Source: Deltaproteobacteria bacterium
GTDB taxonomy: Bacteria > Myxococcota > JACRCW01
DNA length: 20,000 nt
Direction of reading: 5' to 3'
Assembly: GCA_016218805.1 (NCBI GenBank)
Contig: JACRCW010000159.1
Coordinates: forward strand, 51,634-71,633
In this document: positions 1 to 6,926 of the stretch, piece by piece
How the letters are laid out: each line of letters opens with the position of its first letter
How positions within the stretch are numbered: position 1 is the first letter of the stretch
Translations under genes and position numbers: made by a program
The notes under the pieces: model-generated
Told to the model about the DNA's origin: nothing
Databases searched by the model: none
Seen by the model: only the letters and a program-made list of their open reading frames with translations

Positions 1-111
1 CACCACGGTGAGCGCGGTGGTGCTCTGCGTCCCGAAGAGCACCAGCTTCCCGCTGAGCCCCCCCACAATGAATCCGATGCCGAACACGAGGTTCCAGATC
101 CCGGCGCCCAT
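1..111 (-). CDS. Small hydrophobic (membrane) protein, 5' part only; runs off the window edge
   Basis: ATG at 111 preceded by GGAG (117-120, 5-nt spacing). Open to position 1: MGAGIWNLVFGIGFIVGGLSGKLVLFGTQSTTALTVV. GC-rich third codon positions; directly downstream of lipB. Confidence 0.7.
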   Translation of the reverse strand, partial: MGAGIWNLVFGIGFIVGGLSGKLVLFGTQSTTALTVV

Positions 112-140
112 GAGCACTCCCGTCGTCAATCCTGCGCGTA

Positions 141-836
141 TCACGGCCCCGCGGCCGCCTCCAGCCGGCGCCCCAGCGCGCGCGCCAGCGCGGGTGCCAG
201 CGTGTCCATCACGGCGTCCATGGGGGGTGTGCGCGCGCCCAGGCGTGCCTGCAGGCTGGTGACGCCGCGGTGCTGCAGCCCGCACGGCACCACCAGCGAA
301 AACACCGACAGGTCCGTGGTGACGTTGAACGCCAGCCCATGGCTCGTGACAAACCGCGTCCCCTTCACGCCCACCGCGCAGATCTTCTCCATGCGGCCGC
401 CGGGCGCGGGCGGGTCCAGGAACACGCCGCTCTCACCGGGGATGCGCTGTCCCGCCAGGCCCAGCCCCGCCATGACGTCCAGGACGGCCTGCTCCAGCGC
501 GCGCACGTAACGGGGGAGGTCGCGTTCCTCGCCCTCCAGCTTCACAATGGGATAGGCCACCAGCTGCCCCGGCGCGTGCACGGTGACGTCGCCACCGCGG
601 TCCACTTCAACCAGGTCAATCCCGCGTGCGGCCAGCAGCGCGTCGGTAGCCAGCACGTTGGTGCGGCCCCAGCGGCGCGTGATGGTGATGACGGCGGGGT
701 GTTCCAGCAACAACAGCGTGTCGGGAATGACGTCGTCCTGGCGCTGGTCGCGCAGCTGCTTCTGCAGGTCAAAGGCGTCCCGGTACGGCACGGTCCCCAG
801 CTTCCGCAGCCGGAGCACGGGTGCGGGGTCAGACAT
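141..836 (-). CDS. lipB: Lipoyl(octanoyl) transferase LipB (231 aa)
   Basis: Motifs LLLLEHPAVIT, DRGGDVTVHAPGQLVAYPI, KICAVGV, TSHGLAFNV, VVPCGL. ATG at 836 overlaps the ileS stop (ATGTCTGA). Confidence 0.95.
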   Translation of the reverse strand: MSDPAPVLRLRKLGTVPYRDAFDLQKQLRDQRQDDVIPDTLLLLEHPAVITITRRWGRTNVLATDALLAARGIDLVEVDRGGDVTVHAPGQLVAYPIVKLEGEERDLPRYVRALEQAVLDVMAGLGLAGQRIPGESGVFLDPPAPGGRMEKICAVGVKGTRFVTSHGLAFNVTTDLSVFSLVVPCGLQHRGVTSLQARLGARTPPMDAVMDTLAPALARALGRRLEAAAGP

Positions 837-3741
837 GCTCCACCACGTCCACGCAGCGTGCGCACAGCAGCGGGTGCTGCGCGTGTGTGCCCACCGACGG
901 GGAGTGCAGCCAACAGCGCGTGCACCGTGCGCCCGCGGCCGGCTCCACGCGGATGCGAAGGCCCTGCACGGTGGCAGCGTCCTGGAACGTGTCATCCCGG
1001 ACCTGCTCCAGCAGCTCCACCTGGCTGGCCAGCAGCAGGCCGGGCAGCTCGTCACTCAGGCCGTTGAGGAAGTCCCGCAGCTCAAACGGGCAGCTCAACA
1101 GCACCGCGGCCTCCGCGCTGTGGTGTCCTTGGGCGCGGAACGCTTCCAGCGCCTTCTGCACGTCCTGCCGCACGCGCAACACGCGCTCAAACGTCGACAG
1201 CACCGTGGCGCGGTCCGCGCGGTCGTACCCGTCGGCCGGCGCGGGCAGCTCCGCCAGATGCACGGAGCCGGCGCGCTTGGGGTCGGGCGGCAGCGCGTCC
1301 CAGGCCTCTTCGCAGGTGAACGGCAGGATGGGCGCCGCCAGCGCACACAGCCCACGCGTGATGAGGTACAGCGCCGTCTGCGCCGAACGCCGGCGCGCGC
1401 TGGTGGTGGCGTCGCAGTACAGCGTGTCCTTCTGCACGTCCAGATAGAACGACGACAGGTCCCCGGAGATGAACTCGTTCACCGCGTGGATGACCTGGTG
1501 GAACTCGTAGGCCTCGTACGCGGCGCGCACGCGCACCACCAGGTCCGTGAAGCGCGCCAGGATGTAGCGGTCCAGCGGCGGCAGTCCCTCCCGCGGCACC
1601 AGGTCCCGCGCCGGATCAAAGTCCGATGGATGCACGTTCCCCAGCATGAACCGCAGCGTGTTGCGGAACTTGCGGTAGCCCTCGGACAGGCGCGCCAGGA
1701 TGGTGCGGCTGATGCGGATGTCTCCCGTGTAGTCCGTGGCTGCCACCCACAGGCGCAACAGTTCCGCCCCGTGTTCCGCAATCACCTCGTCAGGCGGGAT
1801 GTAGTTGGCGGAGCTCTTGGAATACTTGTGTCCCTTCCCGTCCACCACAAACCCGTGCGTGAGCACCGTGCGGTACGGCACCAGGTGACGCGCGCCCACG
1901 GCAATGAGCAGCGTGGAGTGGAACCAGCCGCGGTGCTGGTCGCTCCCCTCCAGGTACAGGTCCGCGGGCAGCGAGACGTGCCGCCAACGGCCGGACCCGC
2001 ACACAGCGGCGTAGGACGCGCCGGATTCAAACCACACGTCCAGGATGTCCTGCTCCGGGCGGAAGCTGGTGCCGCCGCAGCCGCTGCAGGTCATCCCCGC
2101 CGGGTGCAGCTCGGCGGGCGCGCGCGTCCACCACGCGTCGGCGCCTTCGCGTTCAAACAACGCAGCCACGTGTTCCATCACCTCACGCGTGGCCGTGGAG
2201 CGGCCGCAGCCCGTGCAGTGGAACGCCGGGATGGGGACGCCCCACACGCGCTGGCGGCTGATGCACCAGTCCGGCCGCGCCTGCAGCATCCCGCGGATGC
2301 GCTGGATGCCCCATGACGGGACCCAGCTCACCCCGGGCAGCGCGTCCAGCGCGGCCTGCCGCAATCCGGACGCTTCCATGGAGATGAACCACTGCTCCGT
2401 CGCGCGGAAGATGACCGGGTTCTTGCAGCGCCAGCAGTGCGGGTAGTCGTGCTCCACGCGCGCATCCGGACTGCCCAGCAGCATCCCGCGCTCCGCCAGC
2501 AGGCGCATCACCGCGGCGTTGCCGGATGGCCGGCCGCCACGGGACTGCACCACGTGCAGACCGGTCAGCGCCGGCTCCCGCGCCGCAGCGGTGAACAACC
2601 CATCCGCATCCACCGGCGTGGCAATCTCCAGGCCCACCTGCCGCCCCAGCACAAAATCCTCCGGCCCGTGCCCCGGCGCCGTGTGCACCAGCCCCGTGCC
2701 CTGGTCCGCTTTCACGCCCTCTGAGCGGATGAACGGGACGCGCAGCCCGGGCAGGAACGGGTGATCCGCGCCCAGCGTGTTGCGCCCATCCGGCGAGCAC
2801 ACCGCCCCCAGTTCCACCGGAATCCCGTCAACAAGCTGCGCGCCCGTGGCGGCCTCCACCGCCGCGCGCATCCGCTCCGCCACGATGTAGCGGCCCGCCC
2901 GCCCGTCCACGCGCCACGCGCGGTAGCCGAACGTGTCATCCCCGACGGCAATGGCGCGGTTGGCCGGCAGCGTCCAGGGCGTGGTGGTCCAGACCAGCGC
3001 GCTCACCCGTTCGGTGGCCAGCGCGGGGTTGAGCGCCACGCGCGTGGCGTCATCCGTGACGGGGAAGGCCACAAACGCGGACGGCGAGTGCAGCACCTGG
3101 TGCTCCACCTCCGCCTCCGCCAGCGCCGTGCGGCAGCTCCAGCACCAGTGCACCGGCTTGGTGCCCTTGTAGAGCGTGCGCCCGTCGGCAAACCGCGCCA
3201 GTTCGCGGATCACGGAGGCTTCGTAGGTGGGATCCAGTGTGCGGTACGGCGCGTCCCACTGCGCAAACACGCCCAGGCGGCGGAACTGCTCGCGCTGCAC
3301 GCCCATCCACTTCTCCGCCTCCTGGCGGCACCGTGCGCGCACCTCCAGGCGCGGGAGCGTGGCCTTCTCATCAGGCGAAAGCGCACGGTCCACGTTGAGC
3401 TCAATGGGAAGGCCGTGGCAGTCCCAGCCGGGGACCAGGTTGCACAGCCACCCGGTCATGTTCCGGTACTTGGCCACAATGTCCTTCAACGTCTTGTTGA
3501 GGATGTGGCCGTGGTGGATGTTGCCGTTGGCGTAGGGCGGCCCGTCGTGGAGGACAAACAGCTTCCCCGCCCGGTTCTTCTCCAGCACGCGCGCGTACAG
3601 GTCCGTGCGCTCCCAGTGCGCCAGCAGCCGCGGCTCCAATTGCGGGAGGTTGGCCTTCATGGGGAAGTCCGTGCGCGGCAGCCGCACCGTGTCACGGTAT
3701 CCGCCCGCGGCCACCGCGGGTGCCTGTGCGTCCGTAGTCAC
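829..3741 (-). CDS. ileS: Isoleucine--tRNA ligase, type 1 (C-terminal zinc finger), ~970 aa
   Basis: LPRTDFPMKANL, LHDGPPYANGNIHHGH, PGWDCHGLPIE, WTTTPWTLP, GTGLVHTAPGHG, DWCISRQRVWG, YLEGSDQHRGWF, KYSKS, CTRCW...LCARC. GTG at 3741 has GGAGG 5 nt upstream, so it is preferred over the TTG at 3789. Confidence 0.97.
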   Translation of the reverse strand: MTTDAQAPAVAAGGYRDTVRLPRTDFPMKANLPQLEPRLLAHWERTDLYARVLEKNRAGKLFVLHDGPPYANGNIHHGHILNKTLKDIVAKYRNMTGWLCNLVPGWDCHGLPIELNVDRALSPDEKATLPRLEVRARCRQEAEKWMGVQREQFRRLGVFAQWDAPYRTLDPTYEASVIRELARFADGRTLYKGTKPVHWCWSCRTALAEAEVEHQVLHSPSAFVAFPVTDDATRVALNPALATERVSALVWTTTPWTLPANRAIAVGDDTFGYRAWRVDGRAGRYIVAERMRAAVEAATGAQLVDGIPVELGAVCSPDGRNTLGADHPFLPGLRVPFIRSEGVKADQGTGLVHTAPGHGPEDFVLGRQVGLEIATPVDADGLFTAAAREPALTGLHVVQSRGGRPSGNAAVMRLLAERGMLLGSPDARVEHDYPHCWRCKNPVIFRATEQWFISMEASGLRQAALDALPGVSWVPSWGIQRIRGMLQARPDWCISRQRVWGVPIPAFHCTGCGRSTATREVMEHVAALFEREGADAWWTRAPAELHPAGMTCSGCGGTSFRPEQDILDVWFESGASYAAVCGSGRWRHVSLPADLYLEGSDQHRGWFHSTLLIAVGARHLVPYRTVLTHGFVVDGKGHKYSKSSANYIPPDEVIAEHGAELLRLWVAATDYTGDIRISRTILARLSEGYRKFRNTLRFMLGNVHPSDFDPARDLVPREGLPPLDRYILARFTDLVVRVRAAYEAYEFHQVIHAVNEFISGDLSSFYLDVQKDTLYCDATTSARRRSAQTALYLITRGLCALAAPILPFTCEEAWDALPPDPKRAGSVHLAELPAPADGYDRADRATVLSTFERVLRVRQDVQKALEAFRAQGHHSAEAAVLLSCPFELRDFLNGLSDELPGLLLASQVELLEQVRDDTFQDAATVQGLRIRVEPAAGARCTRCWLHSPSVGTHAQHPLLCARCVDVVEHV

Positions 3742-4036
3742 GGAGACCTCCCGCGCGGCGCCGTAGCGGGGCGCGTTCGTCGGGGTCAAGGCCGGGCGGG
3801 GCTCTGGCGCGCGGGCCGCGCGGGCTATCTTGTGCGGATGCGCACTGCGTCACTGTTCCCGCTGCTGCTTTGCACCGTCACGGCGCGCGCGGACTTCCGC
3901 GACGACCCGGAGCGCGCCCCTCGCGTGAAGGCCGCACGGCAGCGCGCCACCGACGTCATCCAGGGCCACTACCGGGCCGCCGGCGTGGCCTACCCCGGCC
4001 GCGTGCACCTGCGCGCGTTCAAGGGTGAAGGCGTGG
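3671..4036. repeat. Direct repeat A, copy 1 (ileS 5' end + divergent intergenic region + 5' end of L,D-transpeptidase gene)
   Basis: Aligns by eye with 4865-5229, with about 11 substitutions and one 1-bp indel over 366 bp. Confidence 0.97.
3742..3837. promoter_or_regulatory. Divergent promoter region (also duplicated at 4935-5030)
   Basis: Minus strand: TTGACC (3789-3784), N18, TACGGC, then the GGAGG RBS of ileS. Plus strand: TATCTT (3826-3831) lies 6 nt before ATG 3838, a leaderless-type layout. Confidence 0.5.
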
Positions 4037-4065
4037 CGACCGTGATCATCGGCCCGGGTGGGTGA
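3838..4065 (+). pseudogene. Truncated 5' duplicate of the L,D-transpeptidase-family gene (66 codons plus a foreign tail)
   Basis: MRTASLFPLLLC...LRAFKGEGV matches the start of 5031-5762, then diverges at 4037 (ATVIIGPGG*). The catalytic HxxxxxxGC region is absent. Confidence 0.9.
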
Positions 4066-4077
4066 GAAGGACCAGTG

Positions 4078-4630
4078 CTATGGGGTCGCGCGTAGGTCGG
4101 TGTACTCGGGGTGATGCTCCAACGCGGTCGTGGCTTGAGCGATCCACGTGGGAAGTGCGCCGTAGACCTTGCGCAACTGGCCGTCCTGGGTGCGCGCACA
4201 CAAGCGCGCGTCCGTGCCATCCACCGAGTTGTCGTAGATGTAGACGCGGTTGGCATGCCGCCGGCAAGTTGGCGAGTGACCGGGTCCAACGGGTGACGAT
4301 CTTGTCGATGGGCACCGTGTGCCCGCCCTCGATGACGCGTGCCGTCACGCGCGCGGCGTTGATGGTGGGGTCGGACGTTCCGATGAAGAACACGCGGACG
4401 AAGTAGCCCGCAGCGCGGCACGCCTCGACGAACGCGACCTTGTCGCGGGTCGAGAACACGGTTCAAACGCCAGGCTCGCACCCGCGGCGCGCAGTTCTTC
4501 GCGCCGGGCGGTGGTCCACTGCGCAGCGCGCATCACCGCCTCCGGCGAGTTCCAGTCTCCGAAGCGGTCACGGGACCGTTGTCTTGCCCGCGCCGTTGGG
4601 CCCTGCCACCACCGGCAGGACGGGGCTCAT
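4078..4630 (-). pseudogene. Zeta-toxin-like / AAA P-loop ATPase (COG4185-like), disrupted
   Basis: Reconstructs across frame breaks near 4573, 4461 and 4255: MSPVLPVVAGPNGAGKTTV / RDRFGDWNSPEAV...SLAFE / VFSTRDK...RVFFIGTSDPTINAARVTARVIEGGHTVPIDKIVTRW / NRVYIYDNSVDG...RATP*. The ATG overlaps the upstream stop (ATGA). Confidence 0.85.
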
Positions 4631-4824
4631 GCGCGGCGGTCACCCAGAGGGGAGGGCGCGTCCACCGCGTTCGCGTCGGCAAGGCGGCGGACCTCCGCGT
4701 ACAGCCGTTGCAGGGCGGCCTGGTGGCGCGCAGTGACGTCGGCAAAGGCTTCGTGTGACAACTCCACGAGTTCCTCGTCCGTTGGCTCGTAAGCGGGGTC
4801 GGCGAAATTCGTCTTGCGCGACAT
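4627..4824 (-). CDS. Small protein (65 aa) with acidic N-terminal half, putative antitoxin/partner of the zeta-like ATPase
   Basis: MSRKTNFADPAYEPTDEELVELSHEAFADVTARHQAALQRLYAEVRRLA... Translationally coupled to the ATPase. TACGAT (4836-4831) lies 6 nt before the ATG. Confidence 0.65.
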   Translation of the reverse strand: MSRKTNFADPAYEPTDEELVELSHEAFADVTARHQAALQRLYAEVRRLADANAVDAPSPLGDRRA

Positions 4825-4864
4825 GGCGCCATCGTAGTGCGCCGCCCGTCGTGGCACCAGCCCG

Positions 4865-4934
4865 GTGCGCGGCACCGCACGGCGTCCCGGTATCCGCCCG
4901 CGGGCGCCGCGGGTGCCTGTGCCTCCGTAGTCAC
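4865..4934 (-). pseudogene. ileS: Truncated duplicate of the ileS 5' end
   Basis: GTG 4934 with GGAGG. VTTEAQAPAAPAGGYRDAVR versus VTTDAQAPAVAAGGYRDTVR in the intact gene; 1-bp deletion near 4875; homology ends at 4865. Confidence 0.9.
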
Positions 4935-5229
4935 GGAGACCTCCCGCGCGGCGCCGTAGCGGGGCGCGTTCGTCGGGGTCAAGGCCGGGCGGGGCTCTGG
5001 CGCGCGGGCCGCGCGGGCTATCTTGTGTGGATGCGCGCCGCGTCACTGTTCCCGCTGCTGCTTTGCACCGTCACGGCGCGCGCGGACTTCCGCGACGACC
5101 AGGAGCGCGCCCCCCGCGTGAAGGCCGCACGGCAGCGCGCCACCGACGTCATCCAGGGCCACTACCGGGCCGCCGGCGTGGCCTACCCCGGCCGCGTGCA
5201 CCTGCGCGCGTTCAAGGGTGAAGGCGTGG
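4865..5229. repeat. Direct repeat A, copy 2
   Basis: Matches 3671-4036. Contains a dead ileS start and the live start of the transpeptidase gene. Confidence 0.97.
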
Positions 5230-5762
5230 TGGAACTGTGGGCCGGACCCGACGGCCAGGAACTCAAGCGCGTGCGGTCTTTTGCGGTGTGCGCGCGCAGC
5301 GGCGGCCTGGGGCCCAAGCGCAAGGAGGGGGACGGCCAGGTACCGGAGGGGTTCTACCAAGTGGACCGGTTCAACCCATACTCCAACTTCCACCTCTCGC
5401 TCGGCGTGAGCTACCCCAACGCGGCGGACCGCGTGCGCAACAAGGGCAACCGCCTGGGCGGGGACATCTTTGTGCACGGCAACTGCGTGACCATTGGGTG
5501 CCTGCCGCTGCGGGACGGGCCCATTGAGGAACTCTACGTGGCGGTGCTGGACGCGCGGCTGGGCGGGCAGAAGTCCATCCCCGTGCACATCTTCCCGCAC
5601 CGCATGGATGATGAGGGCATGAAGTGGCTGCGCGCGTTGGGCCCGGATGACGCGTTGTGGGCGTTCTGGGAGGAACTGCGGCCCGGGTATGATGCGTTCG
5701 AACGGACGCACCGCGTGCCGCGCGTCGTCGTGGACCGGGCGGGACACTACGTCGTGAGATAG
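5031..5762 (+). CDS. YkuD-fold L,D-transpeptidase-family protein, YafK/DpaA-like, with signal peptide (243 aa)
   Basis: LRAFKGEGVVELW, SGGLGPKRKEGDGQVPEGFY, NPYSNFHLSLGVSYPN, GGDIFVHGNCVTIGC, VHIFP, FWEELRPGYDAFE. N-terminal signal peptide ending ARA. Confidence 0.9.
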   Translation: MRAASLFPLLLCTVTARADFRDDQERAPRVKAARQRATDVIQGHYRAAGVAYPGRVHLRAFKGEGVVELWAGPDGQELKRVRSFAVCARSGGLGPKRKEGDGQVPEGFYQVDRFNPYSNFHLSLGVSYPNAADRVRNKGNRLGGDIFVHGNCVTIGCLPLRDGPIEELYVAVLDARLGGQKSIPVHIFPHRMDDEGMKWLRALGPDDALWAFWEELRPGYDAFERTHRVPRVVVDRAGHYVVR

Positions 5763-5773
5763 CCGCTGTCGTC

Positions 5774-5817
5774 GAGGGTGACCGCGGGGCGTGGCTCGGC
5801 AGGAGCCTCGCCCTCCC
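5774..5817. repeat. REP-like palindrome between convergent genes; may also act as a terminator
   Basis: Stem GGGCG-T-GGCTC / GAGCC-T-CGCCC. The minus strand reads GGGAGGGCGAGGCTCCTGCCGAGCC (GGAG head followed by a palindrome), with a degenerate partner GAGGGTGA at 5774. Confidence 0.55.
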
Positions 5818-5827
5818 AGGCACACCA

Positions 5828-6682
5828 CTACTTCTCGGGCGGGTACTCGTAGAAGCCCGCGCCCGTCTTCCGGCCCAGCTTCCCCGCACGCACCAGGCGG
5901 CGGAGGATCTGCGGCGGACGGAACTGCTCGCCCACCTCGCGCCACAGGTGGTCCGCAATGGCCAGCCGCACGTCCAGCCCCACAAGGTCCGTCAGCTTCA
6001 GCGGCCCCATGGGGTGCCGGTACCCAAGCTCCATCGCGCGGTCTATGTCCTCCGGCGACGCCACACCCTCCTCCACCATGCGCATGGCCTCCAACCCCAG
6101 GATGATCCCCAGCCGCGAGCTGGCGAACCCCGGGCTGTCCCGCACCACAATGGCCTCCTTGCCCAACCGCTTCACCAAATCCTTCGCCGCCGCCACCGTG
6201 GCGTCGTCGGTGCGTTCGCCGCGAACCACTTCCACCAGCTGCATCACCGGCACCGGGTTGAAGAAGTGCATGCCCACGCAGCGGCCCGGCTTCTGCAACG
6301 CGCTCCCCACCTGCGTGATGGACAGACTGGAGGTGTTCGTCGCCAGGATTGCGCGCTCGCTGATCACCTTCTCCGCCGCCGCGAACAACCGCTGCTTGGC
6401 GCCCATGTCCTCGACGATCGCCTCCACCACCAGGTCCGCGCCTTCGCATGCGGCACGCACGTCAGTCGTCGTACGGAAGCGGCCGCGCGCGGCTTCCAGG
6501 TCTGCCGCGGACAGCTTGCCCTTCTCCGCCGCCTTGGCCAGGCCGCCCAGCACCTTCTGCTTGCCGCTCTCCAGCCGGCCTGCGTCCTCTTCCATGCCGC
6601 TGACGGTGAAGCCCGCCTGCAGCAGCACCTGCGCAATGCCGCTTCCCATGGTTCCCAGTCCCATCACCGCTGCGCGTTCCAT
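5828..6682 (-). CDS. 3-hydroxybutyryl-CoA / 3-hydroxyacyl-CoA dehydrogenase (284 aa)
   Basis: Rossmann VMGLGTMGSGIAQ, LVVEAIVE, LATNTSSLSIT, GMHFFNPVPVMQLVEV, DSPGF, HPMGPLKLTDLVGLDV, GKLGRKTGAGFYEY. GGAGG 5 nt before ATG 6682. Confidence 0.95.
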   Translation of the reverse strand: MERAAVMGLGTMGSGIAQVLLQAGFTVSGMEEDAGRLESGKQKVLGGLAKAAEKGKLSAADLEAARGRFRTTTDVRAACEGADLVVEAIVEDMGAKQRLFAAAEKVISERAILATNTSSLSITQVGSALQKPGRCVGMHFFNPVPVMQLVEVVRGERTDDATVAAAKDLVKRLGKEAIVVRDSPGFASSRLGIILGLEAMRMVEEGVASPEDIDRAMELGYRHPMGPLKLTDLVGLDVRLAIADHLWREVGEQFRPPQILRRLVRAGKLGRKTGAGFYEYPPEK

Positions 6683-6683
6683 T

Positions 6684-6761
6684 TCTGCCTCCGCCGTCAT
6701 TGTGGCGGGCGCGGTGTGACGCCGTGGCGTGGCCGCGTCAAGGCCCGGTGATGCCGCGCGC
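6684..6761. repeat. Direct repeat B, copy 1 (RBS and upstream region of the dehydrogenase)
   Basis: 73 of 78 positions identical to 8339-8416 by eye. Confidence 0.95.
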
Positions 6762-6926
6762 CACCCGCTGGGCAAATTGGGGCGGGGACCTTCCGGGTCA
6801 CCTCCATGACGACACGCGCAGCACGCGAAGGCCCAACGACACCCAGCGACGACGAGACGGACGACCCACGTGCGCCTTGCCGGAGGGAGTGCGGCGGCGC
6901 AGGATTGCGGGGGGGGATAGCCCTGC

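Noticed and set aside
270..3740. Long plus-strand ORFs (265, 577 and 434 aa)
   Set aside because: Antisense shadows of lipB and ileS, expected in high-GC DNA; no recognisable motifs.
3742..3789. ileS N-terminal extension from TTG 3789
   Set aside because: The TTG is part of a -35-like TTGACC; GTG 3741 has a good RBS.
4037..4864. IS element or prophage as explanation for insert 1
   Set aside because: No transposase or integrase motifs and no convincing terminal inverted repeats were seen.
4755..5030. N-terminal extension of the transpeptidase ORF (335 aa call)
   Set aside because: It overlaps the small gene and the ileS duplicate; the signal peptide starts at ATG 5031.
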